A stretch of 61,885 bases of DNA from the IMG/VR virus record IMGVR_UViG_3300032213_001974, positions 1 through 61,885 of that record. One strand, 5' to 3'. How positions within the stretch are numbered: position 1 is the stretch's first letter; each line of letters starts with the position of its first letter. Source of the stretch: a virus. Lineage: Duplodnaviria; Caudoviricetes. A model generated the notes under the pieces. It was not told the origin of the DNA and made no database searches. It saw only the letters and a list, made by a program, of their open reading frames with translations. Shown one piece after another: positions 36,830-45,400 of the stretch. A program made the translations under genes and the position numbers.

Positions 36830-37020
36830 GTCGCGAAAATCGACGCGGTAACCTGTTCGCCTAGGAGAATAAAACAATTCGCCAAAAATAAACCGAGTCG
36901 TATAGACTCTAGCTAGTTACTATTAAATTATGGTCGCGGTGTATTGCGGTAGAAAAAACTTAGTTACTTGCAGGACAAAATAAACGGGGCTCTGTCTGTC
37001 ATACATTTTACTAGTATAGA

Positions 37021-37049
37021 TTGACCTCTCATTTCTATATGAGTACTAT
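37021..37049 (+). promoter_or_regulatory. near-consensus sigma70 promoter facing the early region
   Basis: TTGACC-N17-TACTAT in AT-rich DNA. Confidence 0.65.
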
Positions 37050-37491
37050 TTAAGGTATCACTTTGGGTTCTCTAAACGGGGCAAAAATGATCCCTAAAAT
37101 AGGCCCTAAGAGGGGAAAAAACGAACCCGGAATCCCGCCTGACGGACCCCGGATTTCGCCCTCACTTTGTAAGCCAAAGCCATCGCCTACCCGCGCCAAG
37201 CCGATCTGAAATTTGCTCGACGATTTTCGCCCGGAACTAAGCAAATCTTACCACAAAAATTATCCAGAAATTACAGAGAAAATTTTTTGTGACCTATATA
37301 CACAACACAACACAACGCCCACGAAAAACTACCTACCCCACCGCCGCCCCATCAGGAACCACGAATCAGGTATCACTTATCACTTACCCTGTATCCTGAT
37401 TCCTTATTAGTGATTCCTGATAAGACCCCCGTCCCTCCCCCCTATGTGAAGGGCGACGATGCCTTTCTTCCAACAAACCAACAAAAGAAAA

Positions 37492-37944
37492 ATGAAAACT
37501 GAAATCGTAATCGACAAGGCAATCCTTGCCAACCTCTGCAGCGTAATGAATGCATCCATGGATGCGTTCGTCCGCTTGGAAAACAAATGGATTGTCACGC
37601 TTGGCAAAGTGTGGAATGCCTTCCTATCGTCGAAAGACGGCGGGGTAAACCACTGGACTTACTTCGACGAAGGGGGATTCGCGACGAAAGGGGCAGCGCG
37701 GGAATTCCGCGCATACGTAAAACTTGCAGCGGAGAAGGGGGGATGGAATCCCGTCTATGTCGCAAGTTTCTTGCCTAGCGTGGATGAATTATTCGTCATG
37801 CGCAAGCGGGAGGCTGGAGAGAAGCGCACCGTTAAGGTAAAGTTCTCTGATGCGCAGATTGCCGCTGTCAAAAAGATGGCAAAGGCCTGCGACCTATCGA
37901 AGGAAGACATCAAAAAGCTGATTGTTGCAATGCGCGCCAAGTGA
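37492..37944 (+). CDS. first early gene, hypothetical basic protein
   Basis: ATG after A/C-rich leader; followed by hairpin. Confidence 0.7.
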   Translation: MKTEIVIDKAILANLCSVMNASMDAFVRLENKWIVTLGKVWNAFLSSKDGGVNHWTYFDEGGFATKGAAREFRAYVKLAAEKGGWNPVYVASFLPSVDELFVMRKREAGEKRTVKVKFSDAQIAAVKKMAKACDLSKEDIKKLIVAMRAK

Positions 37945-37946
37945 TT

Positions 37947-37988
37947 GAAAGACGGGAGGTGTGACACTTTGTCGCACCTCCCTCTTTC
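37947..37988 (+). terminator. hairpin/terminator after first early gene
   Basis: GGGAGGTGTGACA-CTT-TGTCGCACCTCCC-TCTTTC. Confidence 0.65.
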
Positions 37989-38022
37989 GTTGTCCTACCC
38001 TTATTAGAAAAATCTAATAAGA

Positions 38023-38051
38023 TGAATCACGAATCACGAATCACGAATCAC
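38023..38051. repeat. heptamer tandem repeat (GAATCAC)x4
   Basis: read directly, between two operator copies; further units at 38114-38129. Confidence 0.9.
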
Positions 38052-38128
38052 TTACCCTGATTCGTGGTTCCCTTTTCCCATTACTAGAAATACCTAATAA
38101 GCCTCGCCTTATTCACGAATCACGAATC

Positions 38129-38374
38129 ATGAAAACATCACACATCGCTGACCCTATCCTCGCCGCCGAACTCGAAGCAGACTTCCCGGACGTGGACTAT
38201 CTCGCCAAGGAAACCCTTGCTGCTTGCGAGGAAGACTTCGCCAACCCGGATCTTCCGTTTGAAGTCGTCGCCTTCCGCGAAAGCTGTTGCGACACTATCC
38301 GACACAACCTCGGCGACGGGGAAGACGGGGATTCCATCGCCCTCGCCGCAATCCGCCGTTTCTGGGATGTCTAA
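38129..38374 (+). CDS. acidic early protein
   Basis: 81 aa, flanked by operators. Confidence 0.65.
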   Translation: MKTSHIADPILAAELEADFPDVDYLAKETLAACEEDFANPDLPFEVVAFRESCCDTIRHNLGDGEDGDSIALAAIRRFWDV

Positions 38375-38426
38375 TCTCAACCATCCCTTATTAGGTTTTC
38401 CTGATAAGGGATTCTCCTATTCCACC

Positions 38427-38744
38427 ATGAAATCAAAACCATCGCCAGTCAAAGGCCAGAAGCTCTACCGTTTCTGGGGCAAGCTCGAAACCGGAACCTT
38501 TATCGAGGAGTCAATCGCCGAGGGCGCAAGCGCCCCGACGTGGCTTGTTCGAAACGACACCCGACGAATCCGCTGCGCTGTGGGCTCGTGGTTCCTGACA
38601 GAGAAGGAGGCTCTTCAAGATGAACTCGACGCTGTCAAGAGCAGCACCAAGTTTCAGCGGGAATCCATCGCCATCGCCAAGCAGCAGATCGCGGAGAACC
38701 GTGAGAACGCCAAGCAACTCCGTGCCCGTATCGCCAAACTCTAA
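38427..38744 (+). CDS. early hypothetical protein
   Basis: likely start ATG 38427 after operator. Confidence 0.65.
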   Translation: MKSKPSPVKGQKLYRFWGKLETGTFIEESIAEGASAPTWLVRNDTRRIRCAVGSWFLTEKEALQDELDAVKSSTKFQRESIAIAKQQIAENRENAKQLRARIAKL

Positions 38745-38765
38745 CCTTTATTAGATTTATCTAGT

Positions 38766-38948
38766 ATGAACCACCCGAAAGCAATCGACCCAAGGGACAG
38801 GCATACCGCACCTGATCCCAAGGCAGCCCGCCGGGAGATGAACCGGATCGCCCGCGCCAAGCGCGAGACTCCGGAAGAGTATGCCGCCCGCGTGATCCGC
38901 GATCTCGAGATAAAGGAGGAATACTCCGAAGACTACGAAGAACTGTGA
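38766..38948 (+). CDS. early hypothetical protein
   Basis: ATG overlaps operator. Confidence 0.6.
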   Translation: MNHPKAIDPRDRHTAPDPKAARREMNRIARAKRETPEEYAARVIRDLEIKEEYSEDYEEL

Positions 38949-39021
38949 CTCTTACTAGGTTTTTCTAAAAACAGAAGCTATCGCCCATAGCAGCAGAAAG
39001 CGGGGCACCCAATCAAACCAT

Positions 39022-39684
39022 ATGAAAACATACACGTCTAAAAAATTGAAGCAGATCCTCGCCGACCACGCTGCCTATCTCCGTGAACCGGCACAAGGCA
39101 AACGAGCCAACCTCTCCAGAGCCAACCTCTACGGAGCCGGCCTCTCCAGAGCCAACCTCTCCAGAGCCAACCTCTACGGAGCCGGCCTCTCCAGAGCCAA
39201 CCTCTACGGGGCCGACCTCTCCAGAGCCGGCCTCTCCAGAGCCAACCTCTCCGGAGCCGACCTCTCCAGAGCCGACCTCTCCGGAGCCAACCTCTCCGGA
39301 GCCAACCTCTCCGGAGCCGACCTCTCCGGAGCCGACCTCTCCAGAGCCGACCTCTCCGGAGCCAACCTCTCCGGAGCCAAGCTTCCGGTATTCCAGATCC
39401 CCCAAGGGGAAACACTTACCGTGTTCAAGAAACTTTCAAGTGGGGTCATAGCCAAGCTGCTGGTTCCTGCCGAGGCGCGCCGCACGGCTACTCCGATCGG
39501 GCGCAAGTGTCGGGCGGAGTGGGTAGAAGTGCTCGAAGGAACTGGTGTCTCCGGTCACGACAACACGACAGCTTACTCGCCCGGCACGATTGTCAGACCA
39601 GACAAGTATGACGATGACATCCGTGTGGAATGTACAAGCGGGATTCATTTCTTCCTGACTCGTGAGGAAGCCGAAGCCTACTGA
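39022..39684 (+). CDS. pentapeptide-repeat protein with C-terminal KCRA...GIHFF domain
   Basis: 18 A(N/D/G)L(S/Y)(G/R) units encoded by 15-bp repeats at 39106-39375. Confidence 0.92.
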   Translation: MKTYTSKKLKQILADHAAYLREPAQGKRANLSRANLYGAGLSRANLSRANLYGAGLSRANLYGADLSRAGLSRANLSGADLSRADLSGANLSGANLSGADLSGADLSRADLSGANLSGAKLPVFQIPQGETLTVFKKLSSGVIAKLLVPAEARRTATPIGRKCRAEWVEVLEGTGVSGHDNTTAYSPGTIVRPDKYDDDIRVECTSGIHFFLTREEAEAY

Positions 39685-40039
39685 TTCTCCCTGAACCAAA
39701 CTGAAATAAACCAATGAGCACCAACCGATTCATCCGCACGCTTCTCGCAGGCGGAACCCTCGCCATCCCGGAAGCGGACCCGCTTCATATTCTCCGGGAT
39801 CCTCGCCTATCCCGCTACACGCTGAAGACTCGTGGCAACGGTGGGATTGTGTATGTTTTCGTCATCCCTAACAACTGATCTCACCATGAACCAAACCACT
39901 GCCGCAGTTGACGCTGCACTCCGTTACCTTGCGTCACGCAAGGCGCTCCAAAAACTCGCCACTCCCTGCCCGGTGATCGGGCGGGATGTGGTTCTCTACA
40001 AACCAACCAAGTAACCCCTTATTAGATTTATCTATTATT

Positions 40040-40441
40040 ATGAAACAACACTACGAAAAAGTCATGCGGGATATCGAATCCCGCCTCGCCGTCACCAAGG
40101 AAGCCCTCGACCTGCTCGACAAGGAGCATGAGCAGCTCGCCGCTAAGCGTGTCCACTTGCAATCCGACAGAGGCATCATGGAAAGCGTGCTCTACGATCT
40201 GGAGCACATCTGCTACAACGCCGGATACCTGCGCGCACCAACCCCTGAACCAGAGTGGGAGTTCTTTCAAGAGGGTACCGATTACTTCTGGGCGTACCCC
40301 AAGGACGGCGTCGAAGGGTTGTTTTACGTCAGAGGCAACCCGTCGTGGGTTGACTCTGCGCAGACCAAAGACGAGACTATCCGCTATTCGGATTCGGCCC
40401 AGCGAATCACGAATCTCCCACCCGGAATCCCGATGCCATGA
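40040..40441 (+). CDS. early hypothetical protein
   Basis: ATG directly after operator; C-terminus resembles that of 40621..40998. Confidence 0.65.
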   Translation: MKQHYEKVMRDIESRLAVTKEALDLLDKEHEQLAAKRVHLQSDRGIMESVLYDLEHICYNAGYLRAPTPEPEWEFFQEGTDYFWAYPKDGVEGLFYVRGNPSWVDSAQTKDETIRYSDSAQRITNLPPGIPMP

Positions 40442-40620
40442 GCTACGCAATCGAAACCGCAATCCTCTTCTCCATCGGAACCCCTGCCGCGTTCATCGCC
40501 GGGGGTTTCCCGATTCGTCAGGCGTTCATCGCCGGGCTGCTCGCCCTCGTGATGCTTGCCTTGTTCTATCTAGCATCCTTCATCGGGTGCTGCCTGTAAT
40601 TAGAAATACCTAGTAAGACA

Positions 40621-40998
40621 ATGTGCAAACACTGCAAACCAAAAGAAGCCACGCCTGCGGCAGAAGCAGGCACCCCCGAGTACGCCGTCTATGCGGCACT
40701 CAAGAACATTGTGGATCGTCGGCTCCTGTCCCCATTGGATGACGCCAACGATGAAGCCATGGAAGCACTTGCCGCTTACGAGGAATCCCGAACCCGGAAT
40801 CCGGAATCTCCGACACCGGAGTTCAGGTATTTCACCCCCAAGATGGGGCGTGACTTCTTCTGGAAGTTTCGAACAATAGATGGGAAGGCATGGTGCCGCC
40901 CAGATATGGAGCCTTATTGGAGCGACTCGGTGTGCAAATTGAGAGACATGGACAACGACGAGACCATCGAAATCCCTAACCCCGATCAGGAACCATGA
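40621..40998 (+). CDS. early hypothetical protein
   Basis: ATG after operator; MCKHC start. Confidence 0.65.
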   Translation: MCKHCKPKEATPAAEAGTPEYAVYAALKNIVDRRLLSPLDDANDEAMEALAAYEESRTRNPESPTPEFRYFTPKMGRDFFWKFRTIDGKAWCRPDMEPYWSDSVCKLRDMDNDETIEIPNPDQEP

Positions 40999-41447
40999 AT
41001 CTGGAATACGGAAAGCGATACATTCGCAGGGATGGCGAGGTGACTGGGCCACTGGTAGTGGGTGGCTCCCACCGTGTGCCATTCGTAGACTCACTAACGG
41101 AACACGCGTATCCAGCAAACGGACGGTGGTTCATCTCATGCGATGAATCACGCCTCGACCTAGTGTCAGAATACAATAGCCCCTCCGGAGGCTCGCTATC
41201 CGGAAAACCTAATAAGATGAAAACCAACATTGAACTATCCTTGGTCGTTCTCGACCAGTCCGCCCCTGCCTCGCCAATCCTCGGTCGCGTCTACCGCAAC
41301 CGCCAAGGCGAGACAATTACCATCACCGCCAGCTCCACCTATGGAGGGTTGACCACCTTCCTCGGCAGCAATGGCTGCTGGTATAACAGCGACGGAACCC
41401 AGTGCGGCGCGCCTGTTGAGTCACGCCACACCCTCATTGAACTCTAA
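40995..41447 (+). CDS. early protein with two copies of a G..Y..R.G...NG...DL domain
   Basis: internal repeat; internal ATG at 41217 preceded by operator half-site. Confidence 0.65.
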   Translation: MNLEYGKRYIRRDGEVTGPLVVGGSHRVPFVDSLTEHAYPANGRWFISCDESRLDLVSEYNSPSGGSLSGKPNKMKTNIELSLVVLDQSAPASPILGRVYRNRQGETITITASSTYGGLTTFLGSNGCWYNSDGTQCGAPVESRHTLIEL

Positions 41448-41458
41448 CTCCTACGACA

Positions 41459-42055
41459 ATGACAAGACGACAATGGTTTGAAACTTTGCCCGCCCCCTAT
41501 GCCGAGCGGGCTATCAGGAACGCCGAAAGATACGGCGCGCCACTTGAGGCACCACAGGACAACCTGAGTGGGGCCATAGCCGGGTCCTTTGATTGGTCGG
41601 ATACCCCGGAAGGGAATATCTTCTGGAGAGACGTACATCGCGGAGAACTCCCACCCATCCCCGACGTAACGGAACCTGCGACAGCAGCTTCCGGGCTTCA
41701 GGTCCGCGTGGGTTACAGATACCGGACTCGGGATGGCATGACTACTGGCTACGTCGAACCATCCGGCTGCATAGGCCAACCGTTCCTGTACAGAGTCCCT
41801 GTCGATACCTACCACCTCGTTCGTTTCGTCAGCCCGAACGGAAACTGGATGGGCGATGGGTCACCAAGCGATTACGACCTAGTCGAAGAGATCCCCCCTA
41901 CCAAGAAGATGAAGTATCGCATCACTGAGGTGCGCCACTTCTTCCTCGAAGCAGAGGATGAGATCGAGGCAGACCGGATGTTCCGGGTTGCCAGCAACCC
42001 GGAGCGCAAGTTCCGGATGCACACAGAGGATCGCACGATCCATGATGACGCCTGA
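41459..42055 (+). CDS. early multi-module protein
   Basis: FDWSDTPEG..FW module plus a third G.RY.TRDG domain. Confidence 0.65.
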   Translation: MTRRQWFETLPAPYAERAIRNAERYGAPLEAPQDNLSGAIAGSFDWSDTPEGNIFWRDVHRGELPPIPDVTEPATAASGLQVRVGYRYRTRDGMTTGYVEPSGCIGQPFLYRVPVDTYHLVRFVSPNGNWMGDGSPSDYDLVEEIPPTKKMKYRITEVRHFFLEAEDEIEADRMFRVASNPERKFRMHTEDRTIHDDA

Positions 42056-42104
42056 CTTGTGGCAGAAACAGGAACTGACAACACTAAAAGAAAAAACTAA
42101 TAAG

Positions 42105-43427
42105 ATGAACGTTATTACATACACCACAACCGGAAAGCTTGTCGCCGTTGGTGACACAGTGGAGTTCGACTACCTCACGAAAAGAGAAGCCTACCCCGGC
42201 GACGTGATCGACGACAAGGTCTGCCTAGGCGGAACATGGATTCCGGTATCCGGAACCGTGATTGCCCATAACGGAATCCGGATTCCGTTGTCTGAAGCTG
42301 TTGAAATTACAATCGAAGGAGAAACCAAATACGCCATGAGCACAGAAACAATCGAGATTGATGGAGAGTTGTACCTGAAGCGGGATTGCTTCCGCCTTGT
42401 TGATCACTACCGTGATCGCCGCAGCGGCGGTGATTGGGTAGCGGAGGAACCGGAATACGGCTACGTCTACATGGAAGACTTCGACTGCTGGGCAAACGAC
42501 GAATTGGTTCACGACTGCTACGGCAATAGCTGTGCCTACTGGGACGAAGACGGCGAGTGGTGGCACGGCTGCTGGTACTCGTACGACTGGCTCAACGAGG
42601 AGACCTTCATCTGCGACTGCTGTGGTGACCGCTACAGCAATGAGGAATACGCTGAGGACGGCAACTGCAATAACTGTCACGAACCAGAGACCGGGTTGCG
42701 TTCTTACAACGACAAGACCAGTACGACCTTCCGCCCGGAGAAGGACATCCCCCTGAAGTTCGGCATCGAGCTGGAGGTGGAGTGCTACGACGCAGACGAA
42801 GGAGTCGAACTCTGCGAGTCCATCTTCCCGGACCAGTATGTGGTCTACAAGGAAGACGGTTCACTGGAAGAAGGGGGCTTCGAGATCGTGACCCGGCCCG
42901 ACGCACCCGAGGTTCACAAGCGTATCTTCGCCAAGTTCCTAGGCGACAACCGTGTCCGGCACAATTTGACCAGCTGGAACGGCGGTCGCTGCGGGGTCCA
43001 TATCCATGTCAGCCGCGCGCCGCTCAGTCCTCTGTGGATCGGTCGCATCCTTGTCATGATCAACTCGCCTTCCATGAAGTCGATTGTCGGCAAGGTGTCA
43101 GGTCGGTACAACACGACCTATGCCGAGATCAAGAACAAGAAGCTGATCCACGGCAAGAAGGGCAAGGACGAGCGCAAGTACGACGCAGTCAACAACTCGC
43201 CCCGCCACACGATCGAGTTCCGTCTGTTCCGTGGCACGCTGGTGAAGGAGTCCTTCCTGCGCTACATCGAGTTCGTCGAGTCGGTGCTGGCCTTCACCAG
43301 TCCCGCCACCACCAGCAACCGCGACGTGGCGGAGCCGAAAAAGTATCTTGACTTTGTGTCCTCGCGGCGCAAGGATTACAAGAACTTGTATGAGTTCCTC
43401 AAGGTCAAGTGCTTCTACGAAGCCTGA
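42105..43427 (+). CDS. putative amidoligase (COOH-NH2 ligase) 1 with zinc ribbon
   Basis: FGIELEV, KEDGSL..GFEIVT, CGVHIHVS, KYDAVN, TIEFRLFRGTL; CxCC/CxxC upstream; likely start 42105. Confidence 0.85.
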   Translation: MNVITYTTTGKLVAVGDTVEFDYLTKREAYPGDVIDDKVCLGGTWIPVSGTVIAHNGIRIPLSEAVEITIEGETKYAMSTETIEIDGELYLKRDCFRLVDHYRDRRSGGDWVAEEPEYGYVYMEDFDCWANDELVHDCYGNSCAYWDEDGEWWHGCWYSYDWLNEETFICDCCGDRYSNEEYAEDGNCNNCHEPETGLRSYNDKTSTTFRPEKDIPLKFGIELEVECYDADEGVELCESIFPDQYVVYKEDGSLEEGGFEIVTRPDAPEVHKRIFAKFLGDNRVRHNLTSWNGGRCGVHIHVSRAPLSPLWIGRILVMINSPSMKSIVGKVSGRYNTTYAEIKNKKLIHGKKGKDERKYDAVNNSPRHTIEFRLFRGTLVKESFLRYIEFVESVLAFTSPATTSNRDVAEPKKYLDFVSSRRKDYKNLYEFLKVKCFYEA

Positions 43428-43516
43428 TCCCTTACTAGAAATAACTGATAAGACGCTGCGGGTGCAGCAGAAAACACCCACCAACATCTGAACTAAAACA
43501 AACTACTACTACTACT

Positions 43517-44572
43517 ATGTGTCTTGCACTCTACAAACCTGCCGGTATCGCCCCTGATTGGAACGCCCTCGAAACGGGAATGATGTACAACTCAGACGGA
43601 GCTGGCTTCGCTGTCGCCGTCGACGGTCAACTCATTGTCGAGAAGGGCTTCTTCAAGTTCGAGCATTTCAAGAAAGCGCTCGAACCATTCGGCGAACACG
43701 CAGCGATCATCCACTTCCGCATCTCCACCCACGGCAAGGTCAATCAGGCCAACTGCCATCCGTTTGACATGCGCACCTTCGGTGACTCGGGCGGCACCCC
43801 GCTTGCTGTCATCCACAACGGCATGTTCTTCGAGGCGTCCAACGACAACCCGGCGTTCAGCGATACGTGGCACATCTGCCGTGACATCCTCCACCCGATG
43901 TGGCTCAATGACGAGGGCTACTTCAAGCGCCCCGAGTTCATTCAGATGGGCGACATGATGGTCGGTCGTTCCAACAAGCTGGTGTTCCTCAATGCCAATG
44001 GCGACTTCGCCATCTGGGGCGAGGGCAACGGTCACTGGAACGGTGGCGCGTGGTGGTCCAACCGCAGCTACGAGGACTGGTCTGTCGCCGATCCGCGTGG
44101 TGCTTATGGCTCGCGCAAGAAGCAGTCTTGGACAAGCGTCAAGAATCCAGATGGCTCTTGGAGCTACAAGGCTATCAAGGACGAGGCTGAGTCTCCACTT
44201 GTAACCGAGGACCGAAAGGTTATCGGGTATGCCCCAGCATCCAAGACCCTGTCCGAGCAGGACATCGACCTCATGGAAGAGGACGAGTGGAGAGACTACC
44301 TGTCTGCGAGGACACTCAAGGAATCCGAAGGTGGTTGGGGCGTGGACGACGAACCGGAAGAAGAGGATATCTACAACTTGATCCTTGCTGAGATCGGCGA
44401 GGAGAACGAGTGGATTATCGAAGAGCTGTCCGAGTGTGGCTACACGATCAGTGATCTGGAGATGATGGCTTCCCGCAAGGACGGAGTCGGAGCATTGAAG
44501 GACGAGCTGGAAAGCATCTACGGAATCGCAATCCCGAACAAGGAAACCCTGAAGCGTATCTCGCACGTATGA
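43517..44572 (+). CDS. class II (Ntn) glutamine amidotransferase with acidic tail
   Basis: Met-Cys start, N.DGAG, HFRISTHG, NCHPF, HNG, SDT. Confidence 0.9.
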   Translation: MCLALYKPAGIAPDWNALETGMMYNSDGAGFAVAVDGQLIVEKGFFKFEHFKKALEPFGEHAAIIHFRISTHGKVNQANCHPFDMRTFGDSGGTPLAVIHNGMFFEASNDNPAFSDTWHICRDILHPMWLNDEGYFKRPEFIQMGDMMVGRSNKLVFLNANGDFAIWGEGNGHWNGGAWWSNRSYEDWSVADPRGAYGSRKKQSWTSVKNPDGSWSYKAIKDEAESPLVTEDRKVIGYAPASKTLSEQDIDLMEEDEWRDYLSARTLKESEGGWGVDDEPEEEDIYNLILAEIGEENEWIIEELSECGYTISDLEMMASRKDGVGALKDELESIYGIAIPNKETLKRISHV

Positions 44573-44884
44573 AAACAATCCTAACCGCATGGCTGGTCAT
44601 CTGTGTCCTGCTGGTCCTCGTCACCGGGGACCTGCGGGCGCTGCTCCCAGCGGGTGTATCACTCGCCATTATCCTGATAACCAAAGCATGATCTATCACA
44701 TCATCCCAATCAACGACATCAAACCACACACTCCATCACCTGACTGTTTCTGCCAACCAGTTCAATCAGCAACGGAACCCTTCGTCTCCTTCGACCACAA
44801 TGCGGCGGATGGGCGAGAGGCTACCGAGCGACGAACCGGGAAAGCAGTGAAGGGAAAAGGTTGGACCATTACAAAACAGACACC

Positions 44885-45145
44885 ATGAACCTGAAAGGTA
44901 TACCAACTCCTGTAACCAATCGCAATAAAGGGCGCATCAACCTTCACTACGTATTAATCAAGGACCCCAAGGACGGGACTTTTGTTGGGGCCGACGTATG
45001 TGCTGACCTAGAACGACGCGCCGCAGTATGGCGATCTATGGCAGCGCGTGGGTACGCTATCGCCATGGGGGACGCTGACCCGCCTGACATTGATGACTAC
45101 ATCACCGACTACAACGAGCTGACACTACAACTTGACACACCATGA
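44885..45145 (+). CDS. early hypothetical protein
   Basis: ATGA overlaps with neighbours. Confidence 0.5.
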   Translation: MNLKGIPTPVTNRNKGRINLHYVLIKDPKDGTFVGADVCADLERRAAVWRSMAARGYAIAMGDADPPDIDDYITDYNELTLQLDTP

Positions 45146-45399
45146 AATACGAAACGCTAGACGCGATTGTCGTCACCACTCCAGACAAGCGGGAATCCCT
45201 GCGCCTCTCACTCACCGAATCCGTTGCCGGGCATCGGGCGCTGGTGTGGTCTTTCCCATTCGGGAAGACCACCTCGTTCGAAGCGGCACATGATCCGGAG
45301 AAAGCATCAGCTGTCAACTACGCCATGGCTTCCATGCTCGGGGATGACGGGTCCATGCTTGAGGATCTCGATACGTTCACCAACCACCACTGCAACTGA
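45142..45399 (+). CDS. early hypothetical protein
   Basis: ATGA overlap, operon position. Confidence 0.55.
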   Translation: MKYETLDAIVVTTPDKRESLRLSLTESVAGHRALVWSFPFGKTTSFEAAHDPEKASAVNYAMASMLGDDGSMLEDLDTFTNHHCN

Positions 45400-45400
45400 T

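Larger units (their letters stand above)
37403..43452. promoter_or_regulatory. dispersed 22-bp palindromic operator family CTTAYTAG-N6-CTRRTAAG
   Basis: copies start at 37403, 38000, 38080, 38387, 38747, 38951, 40018, 40596, 43431; half-sites at 41195, 42083; remote copy at 2250. Confidence 0.85.

Noticed and set aside
39013-39506. Alternative-frame repeat proteins (GSGEV, PEPTS, RRGWL) over the pentapeptide gene
   Set aside because: By-products of a stop-free 15-bp repeat
42673-42681. ACTGTCACG as target of the C4-like RNA
   Set aside because: A single 9-nt match is expected by chance in a genome of this size and no second pairing site was seen
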